A stretch of 64,000 nt of DNA. Source: a virus. Below, piece after piece: positions 48,601 to 57,464 of the stretch. Every line of letters starts with the position of its first letter. Position 1 is the first letter of the stretch. Location: positions 6,371-70,370 of IMG/VR virus record IMGVR_UViG_3300008266_000038; one strand, written 5' to 3'. The notes beneath the pieces are model-generated. The model made no database searches, had not been told where the DNA came from, and was given only the letters and a program-made list of their open reading frames with translations. The position numbers and the translations under genes were made by a program.

Positions 48601-51600
48601 AAAAAGAATATTCTCAGATACATCAAGAACTGAAGATGCTAATAAAATGTGGGATTCTTTAGTTAAAGATGGTTTTGCAGAATATAATGAAAAATTAGAC
48701 AGATATGTATCTATAAAACCTAAAAATGAAACAACACCGAGAGAAAATATTACTCCTGATGGAAACATTCGACCTACAGTTGGAGAAATGGCAGAAATGG
48801 GAAGAATCGAAGAACAAGCCACCGAAAATGCTCCAACAGAAAGTATTTCACCAACCGCTAACATTGGAACAAGTGAAACAGAAAATGAAGTAGAGTATGT
48901 TAAAAAAGAAATCGACAGAGGTATTTTGAATTGGTCTGGTGACATTGGTTCGCCAAGAATTGATTTAGGTATTTCTTGGGCTGATATTCGTAAAGGTGAA
49001 TCAGATATTAGAAAAGGAAATGTAAACACTATTCCTGCAAAAAGATTAATTGAAGCTATCAACAAAGCTAAAAACGAAGGCGGTTACAGATATAAACAAG
49101 GTACAGGAGGTGCAAATATGAAAGGTCAGGAATTTGTAACTTTTGAGGATATTCAAAGAGCTACAAATGAAGACTCACTTACTGATGCTGAGATTGATGA
49201 AATTATGGCTAATCAAAATGAATTAGCTACGGAATATGACGAATACTTTAACTCATTAGATGAGCAAACACAAAACGAAATATTAGAAAATTATGAAAAC
49301 CAACCAAGAGAGATTAGCGAAGATACCCAAAGAGGAGAAAGCGAAATTAATGTTTCTAATGAACAAGAAACAACAGCAGAACCAAAGCAAGAAAAAATAA
49401 GAGAAGGTCTTAAAGATATTTCTACTTTTCAAAAAAACATTTCAGTAAAAACAAAAAATGGTAGAATTGTAGATACTACTTCTTTTAGAATTATTGATGG
49501 TAAAATAATATCAGTTTCTGGTAGAGATGCTAAAAGTAATATTTTAGGAAAAGAAAGTTTTAGTGTTGAAAATTTTGACGAATCAGAATTAAAAAAACTT
49601 TACGATTATGTTTCCCTCATTGATGAGGGTAACATACCTAAAACTACCGAAAACAAAGACATTATTTTAGAAAATGTAAAAAATATATTTGATTTTTTAA
49701 TTCAAAACGGATGGGTATTTACAGAAGATAAATCAAAAAACAATACAATTAAAAATTTTCAAGGTTCAGTTTTTGAAAAAAATGGTAATTATATATCTAT
49801 CAAAAGAGATTATTTATTACAAAATGAAGATGGAGATGTTGTCATGAAAGAAGTTCCTTCAGGAGGAGTTTTTGTTATAACAGAAATATTAATTAATAAA
49901 GATAATCAAGGTCAAGGAACTAAAATTATAAAAGATATTATTAAATATGCAGAATACTCTAATCAAATAATTTATGTTGAACCAAGTCCAATCAAAGGTG
50001 TTAAACAAAATTTAAATCAAAACCAATTAGAAAATTTTTATTCTAAAAACGGGTTTGTCAAAAAAGATGATGGTATTTTTGTTTATAACCCAAAAGAAAA
50101 AACAGTATTAGACAGAATCTTAAACCAAGATGAGTTAAAAGATACGTTAGACTTTTTAGATTCGTTTAAAATTGATCCAAACGATTTAAAAGCTACTCTT
50201 CCTTTTTTACCTGAAGTATGGAATGCGTTTATTGAAGCTGTGAAACTTTCAGTAAAAGCAGGAAATACAATGCGAAATGCTATAAACGAAGCAAAGAAAA
50301 TTCTTGAAACTCAAGGTTTTGATAAGAATGAAATTAGTAAAGTTGTAAGTGCTTTTGAAAAAAAAGTAAATCAACCAAATCAAACATTCGAAAGAAAACC
50401 TGGTAAAAAGGCTTTGTTGAGTAGAATGTCTGAAGGTAAAGATGCTGAAATTAAAAAAGCAATAAAAGACTATTCGTTAGATTACGAAGTAGAAAACCAA
50501 GAAATTGCACAAAGAAATGCTGAACTTTTTGTAGAAAAAGTAGGTGTAAGAGCAGCACTAAAAGCGGTAAGAAGTGGTGAAATTTTAGGTGCTGAAAAAG
50601 CTTTTGTTTATGCTAAAATTATTGATGTAATTTCTAATGAAATAGCGAGCGTTCCAGAGTCAGAAGTTCAAGAATTAGAAGATATGAACGTTCAAATTTT
50701 GGAAGAAATTGCTGTTGAATTTGATAAAGAATCAAGAAATGCAGGTCGTTTTATTTCTGCTTTACAAAAAGTATATTCAAGTTCTAAAGGTAGATATAAT
50801 TTAACAAAGCAAGTTCAATCTTATAGAGCAAGACACGATGGTAATATTCCTGATGAAATCTTGCAAAAATTCATTGAAGCCGATGCTAAAATTAAAGAGT
50901 ACGAAAAACGTATAGAAGAATTAGAAGCTGAAAAGAAAAAACAAGAAGAGGAAAGAGCATTTGAAAATATTGTTGAAGCTATTGCTAGAAAAAACAAAAT
51001 TGACAAATCAAAAGGAATAACTAATAAAGCTAAGGCTAAGGCTTTTGCTGATAAGTTACGTTCTTATAAGTCAACAAATAAAGGCACGCTTAGTGCTGCT
51101 ACTCCAATGAGTTTAGCGGTAGATTTAGCTATTGAAACCGCAGCAACTACAATTGAAGTTTCTGGAAGTATTGCTGATGCAATTCAAAAAGGTATTGAAA
51201 CTATTCGTAAAAGTAAATTAAGTACTGATGAACAAGCAGAAGCGGTACAACAATTCTTAAACGTATTCGATGTTGAAGAAGGTGCTACTCAAAATATAAA
51301 AATTGATGGTGAAGGAAAATTAAAAATTCCACATTCATTGATTAGAGAAAAAGTAGAGCAAGGAATTGACAATATCGAAGATTTAGTTGATGCTATTTAC
51401 GATGAAGTTTCAGAAATGTACCCTGATGAAGAATTGACTAAACGTGATGTTCGTGATGCAATTACTCAATACGGAAAAATAGTAAACCAAACTAAAGACG
51501 AGATTGAAATTCAAATTAGTCAAATGAAAAGTCTTGGTAAACTTCTTTCTGGAATTGAAGATGCATTAAGTGGTAAAAGACCTTTGAGAAGTGGTTTACA

Positions 51601-53782
51601 AAGAAGACCTTTTACTTTAGAAGAAAGAGAGCAAAAGCGTAAATTAAGGGAATTGCTTAGAGATTTACCAATGGATGATGCTGACTTATCAAAAGCTTGG
51701 AAAACTGCATTAGATACAATAAAATCTCGCTTACAAAATGAAATAGCTGATTTAGATGAACAAATAGCCAAAGGTGAAAAGCGTAAATCTGAGAAAAAGC
51801 AAATCGAATATGATGAAGAAGCAAAAGGTTTAAAAGAATTACGTGATAAAAAACGTGAAATTTTAGATGATTTAGTAGGTAAACCTGAATTAACAGAAGA
51901 GCAAAAAATTGAAAAAGCAATGATTTTGGTTCAGAAAAAAATTGACGAACTACAAAAAAACATTGTTGATGGAAATATCGCTTATAAAACAAGACCTACT
52001 CCTGTAACTTCAGCCAAACTTGAAGCGTTAAAAAAACAAAGAGAAGAGTTATACTCAGAGATTGAAAAAATGCGTAAAGAAGCAGGTTTAGCAGAAAAGA
52101 AACGTTTAGATTTAGCTAAAAGAAGTCGTATTAGAAGAATTGAAGAGTTAAAAAAGAAAATTGAAAATAGAGATTTTTCTAAAAGAGAGCAAAAACCATT
52201 ACCAATAGATGCTGAGTTATTGGATATTGAATCAAAACTTCAAGAGCAAAAAGCGATTTACGAAAAAGAGAAGTATATTGACGAGCTAAAAAACAGAAGT
52301 AGATTTAGAAAATATGTTTCTACAATTGTTGATTTTATTGGAATTACTCGTGTTTTAAAAGCAGGTGGAGAGTTTTCGCAAGTTTTGGTACAACAAGGAT
52401 TTTTAACACCTCAAATACTTGTAACAAATCCTAAAGCATTTTTTACAGCAATGGCAAGATTAGGAAAAGCGTTTGCTTCACCTGATACTGCTAAAAGATA
52501 TGAGGATGAAATGAAAGCAAGTCCTTTATATCCTTTGATGCAAAAAACTAAATTATCATTAACAGGAACAGACCATAAATTAGATGCTCAAGAAGAAAAT
52601 TACCAATTAGATATGGTAACTGATATTTGGAATATGATTGGCGATAAATTAGATAGAATTACAGGTGAAACTGAAATTCTTACTTTAACCGGATTATTTA
52701 AAAAAGCGTTCGGTAAAGAATTAACAGAATCGGACAAAAAAACACTTGGAACTCAATTTAAAGAAGCGAGTTTTTGGAAAATGTTTGAAAGAGCAGCTGT
52801 TACTTATTCCAACTATATAAAAATGGTTAAGTTTGAGCAAGGAGTGAAAGAATTGCAAAAAGATTTGAAAGACCCAATTAATGATATTGAAGATTATAAA
52901 AAAGTTGCAAATTACATTAATGTTTTTTCAGGAAGAGCAAGTTTAGGTAAAGCAGAATTTTTAAGTAAAGATGCGGCACTAATATTTTTCTCTTTACGAA
53001 ATGCGGTTTCTCAAATTCAACAATTAAATCCATTTTACTACTTAGTTACTTTAGGTGATGCAAAACAATTCCAGGAAATTAAATCCGGAAAAGATTTGAA
53101 AAACATAAAACCTACTGTTGCTCAAAAAATGGCTGTAAAATCATTTATGACATCTATTATTGCAATTACAGGATTTAAAATGGCTTTTTTAGCCGTTGCT
53201 AATGCAGGAGCAGACGATGAAGAAGACAAATGGAAATTAGAGTCGGACCCAAGAAGTTCTGATTTTGGAAAATTAAGAAAAGGTAAAACTACATTTGATA
53301 TGTGGCATGGTCTTAACGGATTATTCGTCATGTATTCAAGAATATTTACACAACAAACTAAATCTACAAAATCAGGCGAAATTAAAGATTTAGGTAAAGG
53401 TTTTGGGACTCCAACAACATCAGAACTTTTAACAAGATATGTTACTAATAAATTTGCTCCGACTGCAGGTTATATGTGGAGATTAGGAAATACGCATCAA
53501 GAAATTGGTACAGATGGTAAAAAATATAGAGTGGACCAATATGGAAATGTTTATGGTGAAAAAGAAATGTTAGATTTGTTTATTCCTATTTACTATGGTT
53601 CAGTTTATGAGATAGCTAAAGAAGATCCAGACACTTATCAAGCGTTCTTAACTTCATTAGGTATTTTGGGTATGTCTGTTGGAACTGACCCTGATGGTGA
53701 AAAGTTTAGAAAGGCTTCTTCGGAAGGATTTCAATTACCAAAACCGCCATCTCCGCCCCAACCGCCAACACCAAATTACTAA
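45638..53782 (+). CDS. giant internal virion (polyvalent) protein with two GNAT-like domains
   Basis: About 2714 aa, coiled coils; NRGYGIG...ANKMW and NQGQGTKII...LENFYSKNGF; C-terminal DPRSSDFGK region; likely ATG at 45638. Confidence 0.7.
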   Translation: MTQIDPNKKKQLDQNIKNMLANGASEEDVIKYSKDFHEKFSVKKKESSQSPSVQPKSVSVPKNGSSGTQEFEYKPVFDERGRQVKTKNAKGELVPYMEKVPKGFASSTEEREIVRQEQKQKAQKPVKPTVKYQQYKTTTAPKKEEVDLIAQEVDAELNQQGFWNGMVAGAKKGANFLSDVVMTVGTLGTETDGPELFNEQPFYKEAEEAKKQLISENKGDASKLTPELIKQRTKDIVVQKRTEGLKIDKNNQFLSSLPEEEKKALNLEAVTQYKTLNDKDKYLATEKAVLENEFESLQKDYAVVKAIVDKSQKEGKPLSPQFTEKALELEEKLKSKYAEFSNLEKEYVNNDNQIGSIEEEVDFLKRNYSTAEKLKTDTNLGLADIYVGLTKKVPALLYEANELILGDTIFSVADEESEQKRRELINEIIDWEAAKTETKSKFKKNVEFSNLNTENFGSFLAQEIGTQIPVFAQMMMPSGIVSLGATSAGGKYGEMEMESNRISFNHNGKELQGFEKEDGSIVDETGFKYNPDEVEITSLRTPDYSKGQMVTAAFGFGTAEALLGALPTKSALGRVAKSFEQNGKRELIRDGIKTLFIKPLNEAKQEAWTEGATSVVQNFIDMKVLGKNDVGLFDNVDHAMFTGGMLGGLMGSVPAIAGVAMRPFSSKTETKQVRKNLEMVLGLREQLNNQELTPATRKAISDKITALETENTQILTSVAEKSKGLSKEQYEAIVDIDKKQELLRLQATEIKADNSISNELKKQLLNDLKVEFSSLEDKRNILVSDKATILDTLPDSEKTKFRNEATQILKTEYKGEGEPKIEDEAVTKKAIELYNQSKSNEAKVTKSTVEEKPIEQLETQPQAETQTEVGEVENVSLTNEVNIPESEAITTETLTENEKPTIISTDKGNSLKLNTKRTETSNNKDVFDYEILDNEGNNIGNIELIDLTSYDYYKEQGIDGFIVTNVKTKNRGYGIGRDAYKSLILNFKKRIFSDTSRTEDANKMWDSLVKDGFAEYNEKLDRYVSIKPKNETTPRENITPDGNIRPTVGEMAEMGRIEEQATENAPTESISPTANIGTSETENEVEYVKKEIDRGILNWSGDIGSPRIDLGISWADIRKGESDIRKGNVNTIPAKRLIEAINKAKNEGGYRYKQGTGGANMKGQEFVTFEDIQRATNEDSLTDAEIDEIMANQNELATEYDEYFNSLDEQTQNEILENYENQPREISEDTQRGESEINVSNEQETTAEPKQEKIREGLKDISTFQKNISVKTKNGRIVDTTSFRIIDGKIISVSGRDAKSNILGKESFSVENFDESELKKLYDYVSLIDEGNIPKTTENKDIILENVKNIFDFLIQNGWVFTEDKSKNNTIKNFQGSVFEKNGNYISIKRDYLLQNEDGDVVMKEVPSGGVFVITEILINKDNQGQGTKIIKDIIKYAEYSNQIIYVEPSPIKGVKQNLNQNQLENFYSKNGFVKKDDGIFVYNPKEKTVLDRILNQDELKDTLDFLDSFKIDPNDLKATLPFLPEVWNAFIEAVKLSVKAGNTMRNAINEAKKILETQGFDKNEISKVVSAFEKKVNQPNQTFERKPGKKALLSRMSEGKDAEIKKAIKDYSLDYEVENQEIAQRNAELFVEKVGVRAALKAVRSGEILGAEKAFVYAKIIDVISNEIASVPESEVQELEDMNVQILEEIAVEFDKESRNAGRFISALQKVYSSSKGRYNLTKQVQSYRARHDGNIPDEILQKFIEADAKIKEYEKRIEELEAEKKKQEEERAFENIVEAIARKNKIDKSKGITNKAKAKAFADKLRSYKSTNKGTLSAATPMSLAVDLAIETAATTIEVSGSIADAIQKGIETIRKSKLSTDEQAEAVQQFLNVFDVEEGATQNIKIDGEGKLKIPHSLIREKVEQGIDNIEDLVDAIYDEVSEMYPDEELTKRDVRDAITQYGKIVNQTKDEIEIQISQMKSLGKLLSGIEDALSGKRPLRSGLQRRPFTLEEREQKRKLRELLRDLPMDDADLSKAWKTALDTIKSRLQNEIADLDEQIAKGEKRKSEKKQIEYDEEAKGLKELRDKKREILDDLVGKPELTEEQKIEKAMILVQKKIDELQKNIVDGNIAYKTRPTPVTSAKLEALKKQREELYSEIEKMRKEAGLAEKKRLDLAKRSRIRRIEELKKKIENRDFSKREQKPLPIDAELLDIESKLQEQKAIYEKEKYIDELKNRSRFRKYVSTIVDFIGITRVLKAGGEFSQVLVQQGFLTPQILVTNPKAFFTAMARLGKAFASPDTAKRYEDEMKASPLYPLMQKTKLSLTGTDHKLDAQEENYQLDMVTDIWNMIGDKLDRITGETEILTLTGLFKKAFGKELTESDKKTLGTQFKEASFWKMFERAAVTYSNYIKMVKFEQGVKELQKDLKDPINDIEDYKKVANYINVFSGRASLGKAEFLSKDAALIFFSLRNAVSQIQQLNPFYYLVTLGDAKQFQEIKSGKDLKNIKPTVAQKMAVKSFMTSIIAITGFKMAFLAVANAGADDEEDKWKLESDPRSSDFGKLRKGKTTFDMWHGLNGLFVMYSRIFTQQTKSTKSGEIKDLGKGFGTPTTSELLTRYVTNKFAPTAGYMWRLGNTHQEIGTDGKKYRVDQYGNVYGEKEMLDLFIPIYYGSVYEIAKEDPDTYQAFLTSLGILGMSVGTDPDGEKFRKASSEGFQLPKPPSPPQPPTPNY

Positions 53783-53786
53783 AAAA

Positions 53787-53816
53787 AGAAAGCCCTATTA
53801 ATTTAGGGCTTTTTCT
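53787..53816. terminator. bidirectional terminator between late genes and leftward arm
   Basis: AAAGCCCTA-TTAATT-TAGGGCTTT with A/T tracts. Confidence 0.8.
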
Positions 53817-53879
53817 TCTCCGTTAGTTAAGACTAATACAGGGTCTTTTACTTCAATTTCGTTTACATTCATAGTTTAT

Positions 53880-54230
53880 TTAATTTTGGATTAATTCTAA
53901 GTCTTTTATTAAGTGTTGTACTTCTATATCGTTTAATGAAGAGCAGTCCTTAATCATTTGTAAAAGTTTTAGTAAGTTTTCTTCTGTAAAGGCAAACCTA
54001 TCTAATCTGTACGACACATAAGGAAAACAATTTGAAATATCGTGTTCAACTATCTCACATCCTTGAATACCTTGCTGTGGGTGATAAAAAATATGCTGAA
54101 TGTGATATTTGTTATCTTTTACTAACCATTTTTCTTGAGGTATTTCATTGGGTTTACCTTTGTCATCTATGCAATAACATTCTACTTTGTTGCTACTCAT
54201 AAATATATCCGTTTGGTAGCCACTTACCAT
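53880..54230 (-). CDS. hypothetical protein
   Basis: CIDDKGKPNEIP...W...Y...YRLDRF ORF. Confidence 0.7.
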   Translation of the reverse strand: MVSGYQTDIFMSSNKVECYCIDDKGKPNEIPQEKWLVKDNKYHIQHIFYHPQQGIQGCEIVEHDISNCFPYVSYRLDRFAFTEENLLKLLQMIKDCSSLNDIEVQHLIKDLELIQN

Positions 54231-54257
54231 AGTGGAATTTGTAAATTTGAATCTTTT

Positions 54258-54608
54258 TCATAGTGAAAGTTTTAGCGAGTTATCAATTGATTCTAATGTG
54301 AAAATTATTTTTTCGTTTCCCTTTTTTACAACAAATTTCTTTACGTTTAATTCGTAAATATCTCTATCGTTTATTGAGTATTTCTTTTGAATAATATCCG
54401 AAATTAGTTTAATTGGATTATCAATATCGGCTGTAGAATTACTAAAATAAAATTCTAAATTTAGTATATATGGTGCATTTGGAATTGTTAATTTTGGCAA
54501 CATCATTAAAACAACTTTCTCGTAATTTTTATACTTTGGAGTTTTAAATCTTTTACCTTGCCAAGCATCATTTACAGACATTGGTTTTATATTTAGTTCT
54601 ACTTTCAT
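54258..54608 (-). CDS. rusA: RusA-like Holliday junction resolvase
   Basis: PMSVN...DIDNPIKLISD...INDRDI acidic catalytic pattern. Confidence 0.82.
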   Translation of the reverse strand: MKVELNIKPMSVNDAWQGKRFKTPKYKNYEKVVLMMLPKLTIPNAPYILNLEFYFSNSTADIDNPIKLISDIIQKKYSINDRDIYELNVKKFVVKKGNEKIIFTLESIDNSLKLSL

Positions 54609-55027
54609 TATTGTTTTGGTTTTCCTGTTATTTTACTAAACTGATATTTTTTCGAAAGTTCTGGATTATTTTCAAGTTCTAAGTTATGCTCTAAACAACA
54701 TGGCGCCCAAGTAGAAGTATCTAGATAATTACTTCCCCACCTTCCTGCTCTATGCTCAATAGTTGTCGCTTGTTTGTTACAACCTTCAATAAAACAAATT
54801 CTATTCTCAGGTAAAGATAAAAATTTAATTCGTTCTGAGCGATAAATTATATCTTCCATCTTTCTTTTGTCTGAAACTTTTTTTATTGGCTTAGGCGACT
54901 TCAACTTCAAATCGACTTTTCTGTTTTTGTTCAAACATTTCGCAGAACAATACTTTTGAAGAGAATTGAAAACTTGAAATTCATTTTCACATTCTTTGTC
55001 GGCACATTTTTTTAGCTTTGGTTCCAT
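54608..55027 (-). CDS. Zn-finger HNH-like nuclease (NinG-like)
   Basis: KKC...C...F...QKYCSAKC and C..C...EHRAGR...CC.EHN. Confidence 0.55.
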   Translation of the reverse strand: MEPKLKKCADKECENEFQVFNSLQKYCSAKCLNKNRKVDLKLKSPKPIKKVSDKRKMEDIIYRSERIKFLSLPENRICFIEGCNKQATTIEHRAGRWGSNYLDTSTWAPCCLEHNLELENNPELSKKYQFSKITGKPKQ

Positions 55028-55037
55028 AGAATTTTAC

Positions 55038-55238
55038 TTAAAGTTTCACAATATTATCCCAATTAAACATAAAAGCAAGAGCAGAAGAGTACAAACACTT
55101 TAATCCTTCTTTTGTTTTAATTGTGGTTTCTTTTGAAAAAGGATTGTTGTAAACCCTTAATACATATTCTTTTCCTGTTTCAAATCCAAGACTTAGATTT
55201 TTTCCGGTATATGTTGCTCTGATTTCCATTGCTTCCAT
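55038..55238 (-). CDS. hypothetical protein
   Basis: ORF in leftward arm. Confidence 0.65.
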   Translation of the reverse strand: MEAMEIRATYTGKNLSLGFETGKEYVLRVYNNPFSKETTIKTKEGLKCLYSSALAFMFNWDNIVKL

Positions 55239-55426
55239 GATATTTTTTGTTTAAACTTTTCGTCATTTTCCGATACGATTTCCATTTCGTAAGTAAATCT
55301 TCTTAGTTCTTTAGCTTTCTCAAAAGCTTTCTCGATAGATGTTGCGAAAACTTTCACATCAACCCAATCTTTCTCACCATCTCTATACAAATAGTAAATG
55401 ATTACTTCGTATGTTTTATTTGGCAT
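55193..55426 (-). CDS. hypothetical protein
   Basis: Likely ATG at 55426 (MPNK). Confidence 0.6.
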   Translation of the reverse strand: MPNKTYEVIIYYLYRDGEKDWVDVKVFATSIEKAFEKAKELRRFTYEMEIVSENDEKFKQKISWKQWKSEQHIPEKI

Positions 55427-55943
55427 AATTAACTTTTTTAGCAATTCCTAAAATACTTTTTTGATCTTTTTTCATAGCTTTCAAAACCTCATTGTACTCT
55501 TCCATATTTCCTTTTAAAGCTTCTGAAACATTTGTTATTAACTCTTCAAATTGACCTGAAACTTCAAATAAAGTATCTTCATCACCTTGAGTAATAAACT
55601 CGTTTGTTTGCTCGTGGAAAAACGACATTTTGCTAATTGCATTTCTAACTGCTTGTCTTACATTTTTATTTAGACGAGGTAATACAGGAATAGTATCATT
55701 ATACACAAGACATTTTCTGTAAAATAATTCTCCAATAATAATTAATTCCGATACAGTCATTGAATACAAAGTCTTGAAGTCTTCCATATCAATTTCCTCA
55801 ACTTCTAATCCACTAGCTACATTTGGAAATTTATCACTTGGAGTAGCCGACATAATGTGAGTTACAAAATTTGGTTCTTTTACATTTCTGTAATCTAAAT
55901 ACTTCCCATCAGAAGTTCTTTTAATGAAATATAATTTAGTCAT
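55416..55943 (-). CDS. hypothetical protein
   Basis: 175-aa ORF. Confidence 0.75.
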   Translation of the reverse strand: MTKLYFIKRTSDGKYLDYRNVKEPNFVTHIMSATPSDKFPNVASGLEVEEIDMEDFKTLYSMTVSELIIIGELFYRKCLVYNDTIPVLPRLNKNVRQAVRNAISKMSFFHEQTNEFITQGDEDTLFEVSGQFEELITNVSEALKGNMEEYNEVLKAMKKDQKSILGIAKKVNYAK

Positions 55944-55944
55944 T

Positions 55945-56154
55945 TTATTTATTTGGTGTAAAAATTAATAATTGATTTAAGCCTTTTTTAGCTATTATTT
56001 TTTTGTTTTGGTGTAATGTATTCAGAATTGGTTTTAATTCTTTGTATGGTATTCCAAATTCATTCTGTATGGTTGTTACAGGAGTTCCTGATTTATTTGC
56101 ATTTCTTTTCTGTTCACTTTCAATGAAAAGTTGGATTTCAAATTCTAAGTCCAT
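55945..56154 (-). CDS. small winged-helix-like protein
   Basis: VTTIQNEFGIPYKELKPILNTLHQNKKI. Confidence 0.5.
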   Translation of the reverse strand: MDLEFEIQLFIESEQKRNANKSGTPVTTIQNEFGIPYKELKPILNTLHQNKKIIAKKGLNQLLIFTPNK

Positions 56155-56360
56155 TATTTAAACAAATCTCTTGTGGTTATATTTGAAACCAAAGTTAATC
56201 TTTGTTTTAAAGCAATCATTCTATGTTTTAATTCACCAATGACTCTTGAATGACTCGGAATCCACTTGTTATTTTCCTCGTCCTTTTTGTATTTTTTAAT
56301 TCTATCAATGTTTTCTTGTAACATTTTCAATTCTTGTTCTAATAATTCTAATTGTTCCAT
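56154..56360 (-). CDS. hypothetical coiled-coil protein
   Basis: Translationally coupled ORF. Confidence 0.65.
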   Translation of the reverse strand: MEQLELLEQELKMLQENIDRIKKYKKDEENNKWIPSHSRVIGELKHRMIALKQRLTLVSNITTRDLFK

Positions 56361-56363
56361 AAT

Positions 56364-56564
56364 CTACTTATTTATTTTTTTTAAAATCTGTAATTTACTT
56401 TCGTCTAATCCTAAAGCAAGAATTTTTCTATCACGAAGTATTGCTGCTCCTCTTTCTGTTGGACTATACCCACAATCTACTTTTGTTCCGTTAAAACTTA
56501 AAGAAGCTTTGTATTGTTGTATATCACCTCTCCAATGAACACCGATGTATTTACTTGTAGCCAT
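56364..56564 (-). CDS. AP2-domain DNA-binding protein
   Basis: SKYIGVHW...YKASL...GYSPTERGAAILRD. Confidence 0.75.
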   Translation of the reverse strand: MATSKYIGVHWRGDIQQYKASLSFNGTKVDCGYSPTERGAAILRDRKILALGLDESKLQILKKINK

Positions 56565-56565
56565 T

Positions 56566-56766
56566 TTACTCTAATTTTATTGTTAATTTTTTACCCATGT
56601 TCTTTGAAAGTTTCTGCAAAAATCGAAATCCACAAACATTTTCTTTGTTTAAAATATGATTCAAAGTAGAATAATTCAAGTTGTATTTTTTAGAAAACTC
56701 TAGCTGAGTCATTTCACTTTCTAAGAAAACTTCAATAACCACTTCGTTTAGTTGGTATTCACTCAT
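56566..56766 (-). CDS. XRE-family HTH protein
   Basis: MTQLEFSKKYNLNYSTLNHILN; likely ATG at 56766. Confidence 0.7.
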   Translation of the reverse strand: MSEYQLNEVVIEVFLESEMTQLEFSKKYNLNYSTLNHILNKENVCGFRFLQKLSKNMGKKLTIKLE

Positions 56767-57464
56767 TGTGTAATATTTCTTCTTTTTACTTTTAAAATTT
56801 GAACATAAGGTTTTTTTTGCTCGTCTGACTCCCATTCCTGGATTAAAACTTCAAGTTGTTCTCGGTTAATTCCTTCTGTTATTTCATCAGCGTATTTTTT
56901 TACTCTTTGAATAAATGGAACTTCTTTAAACTTTTCGTAAGTTTTCTTCACATCTTCAATTGAAACTAAATCGGCATTCATTTTTGATTTTTCTTTGATA
57001 TACTGTTGCTCTCTTAAATCAGCTTTTTGCTCCATGTACATCGGAAACCATTCACCAAAAATTAAATTTGAATCAACTCCTCGCTTTGTACTTCCAAATT
57101 TTCCACTTCTTGCAAGTTTAAAAAACAAAATAATATCTTGAAGACTTTCGTATTTGAAATTTTCAATTGTGTCAATGGTTAAAATCTCAATCTGACTTTC
57201 TGAAAGTTTTGTCGAAAAACCAAATGATTCAATGAAACGATTCACTAAAACTTTCACTACTGAAAATCCAATTGTAGCATTATCACCACTAAAAACTTTT
57301 CTAACAGTTGGTTGATCTAAAGTTTCACTCAAAGTTAAATTCATTTCCAAAGGAGCCAACTGAGCAGTTCCAGAAACAATCGCTTTACTTAAAGTAATCG
57401 TGTTGAGCAATCTCTGATTGGACTGCATCTCTAAAGATTTGTTCGTTTGATTTTGAAGTTCCAT
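56763..57464 (-). CDS. replication accessory protein (possible helicase-loader role)
   Basis: Directly after initiator; SLQDIILFFKLARSGKFG. Confidence 0.4.
   Translation of the reverse strand: MELQNQTNKSLEMQSNQRLLNTITLSKAIVSGTAQLAPLEMNLTLSETLDQPTVRKVFSGDNATIGFSVVKVLVNRFIESFGFSTKLSESQIEILTIDTIENFKYESLQDIILFFKLARSGKFGSTKRGVDSNLIFGEWFPMYMEQKADLREQQYIKEKSKMNADLVSIEDVKKTYEKFKEVPFIQRVKKYADEITEGINREQLEVLIQEWESDEQKKPYVQILKVKRRNITQ

Noticed and set aside
45638-53782. Giant protein as a virion RNA polymerase (crAss- or N4-like)
   Set aside because: No DxDxD (DFDID/NADFDGD-type) catalytic motif seen on reading; mostly coiled coil plus GNAT-like modules
53798-53872. 24-aa minus-strand ORF MNVNEIEVKDPVLVLTNGEEKALN
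   Set aside because: Very short and ends inside the terminator hairpin; not enough support to call
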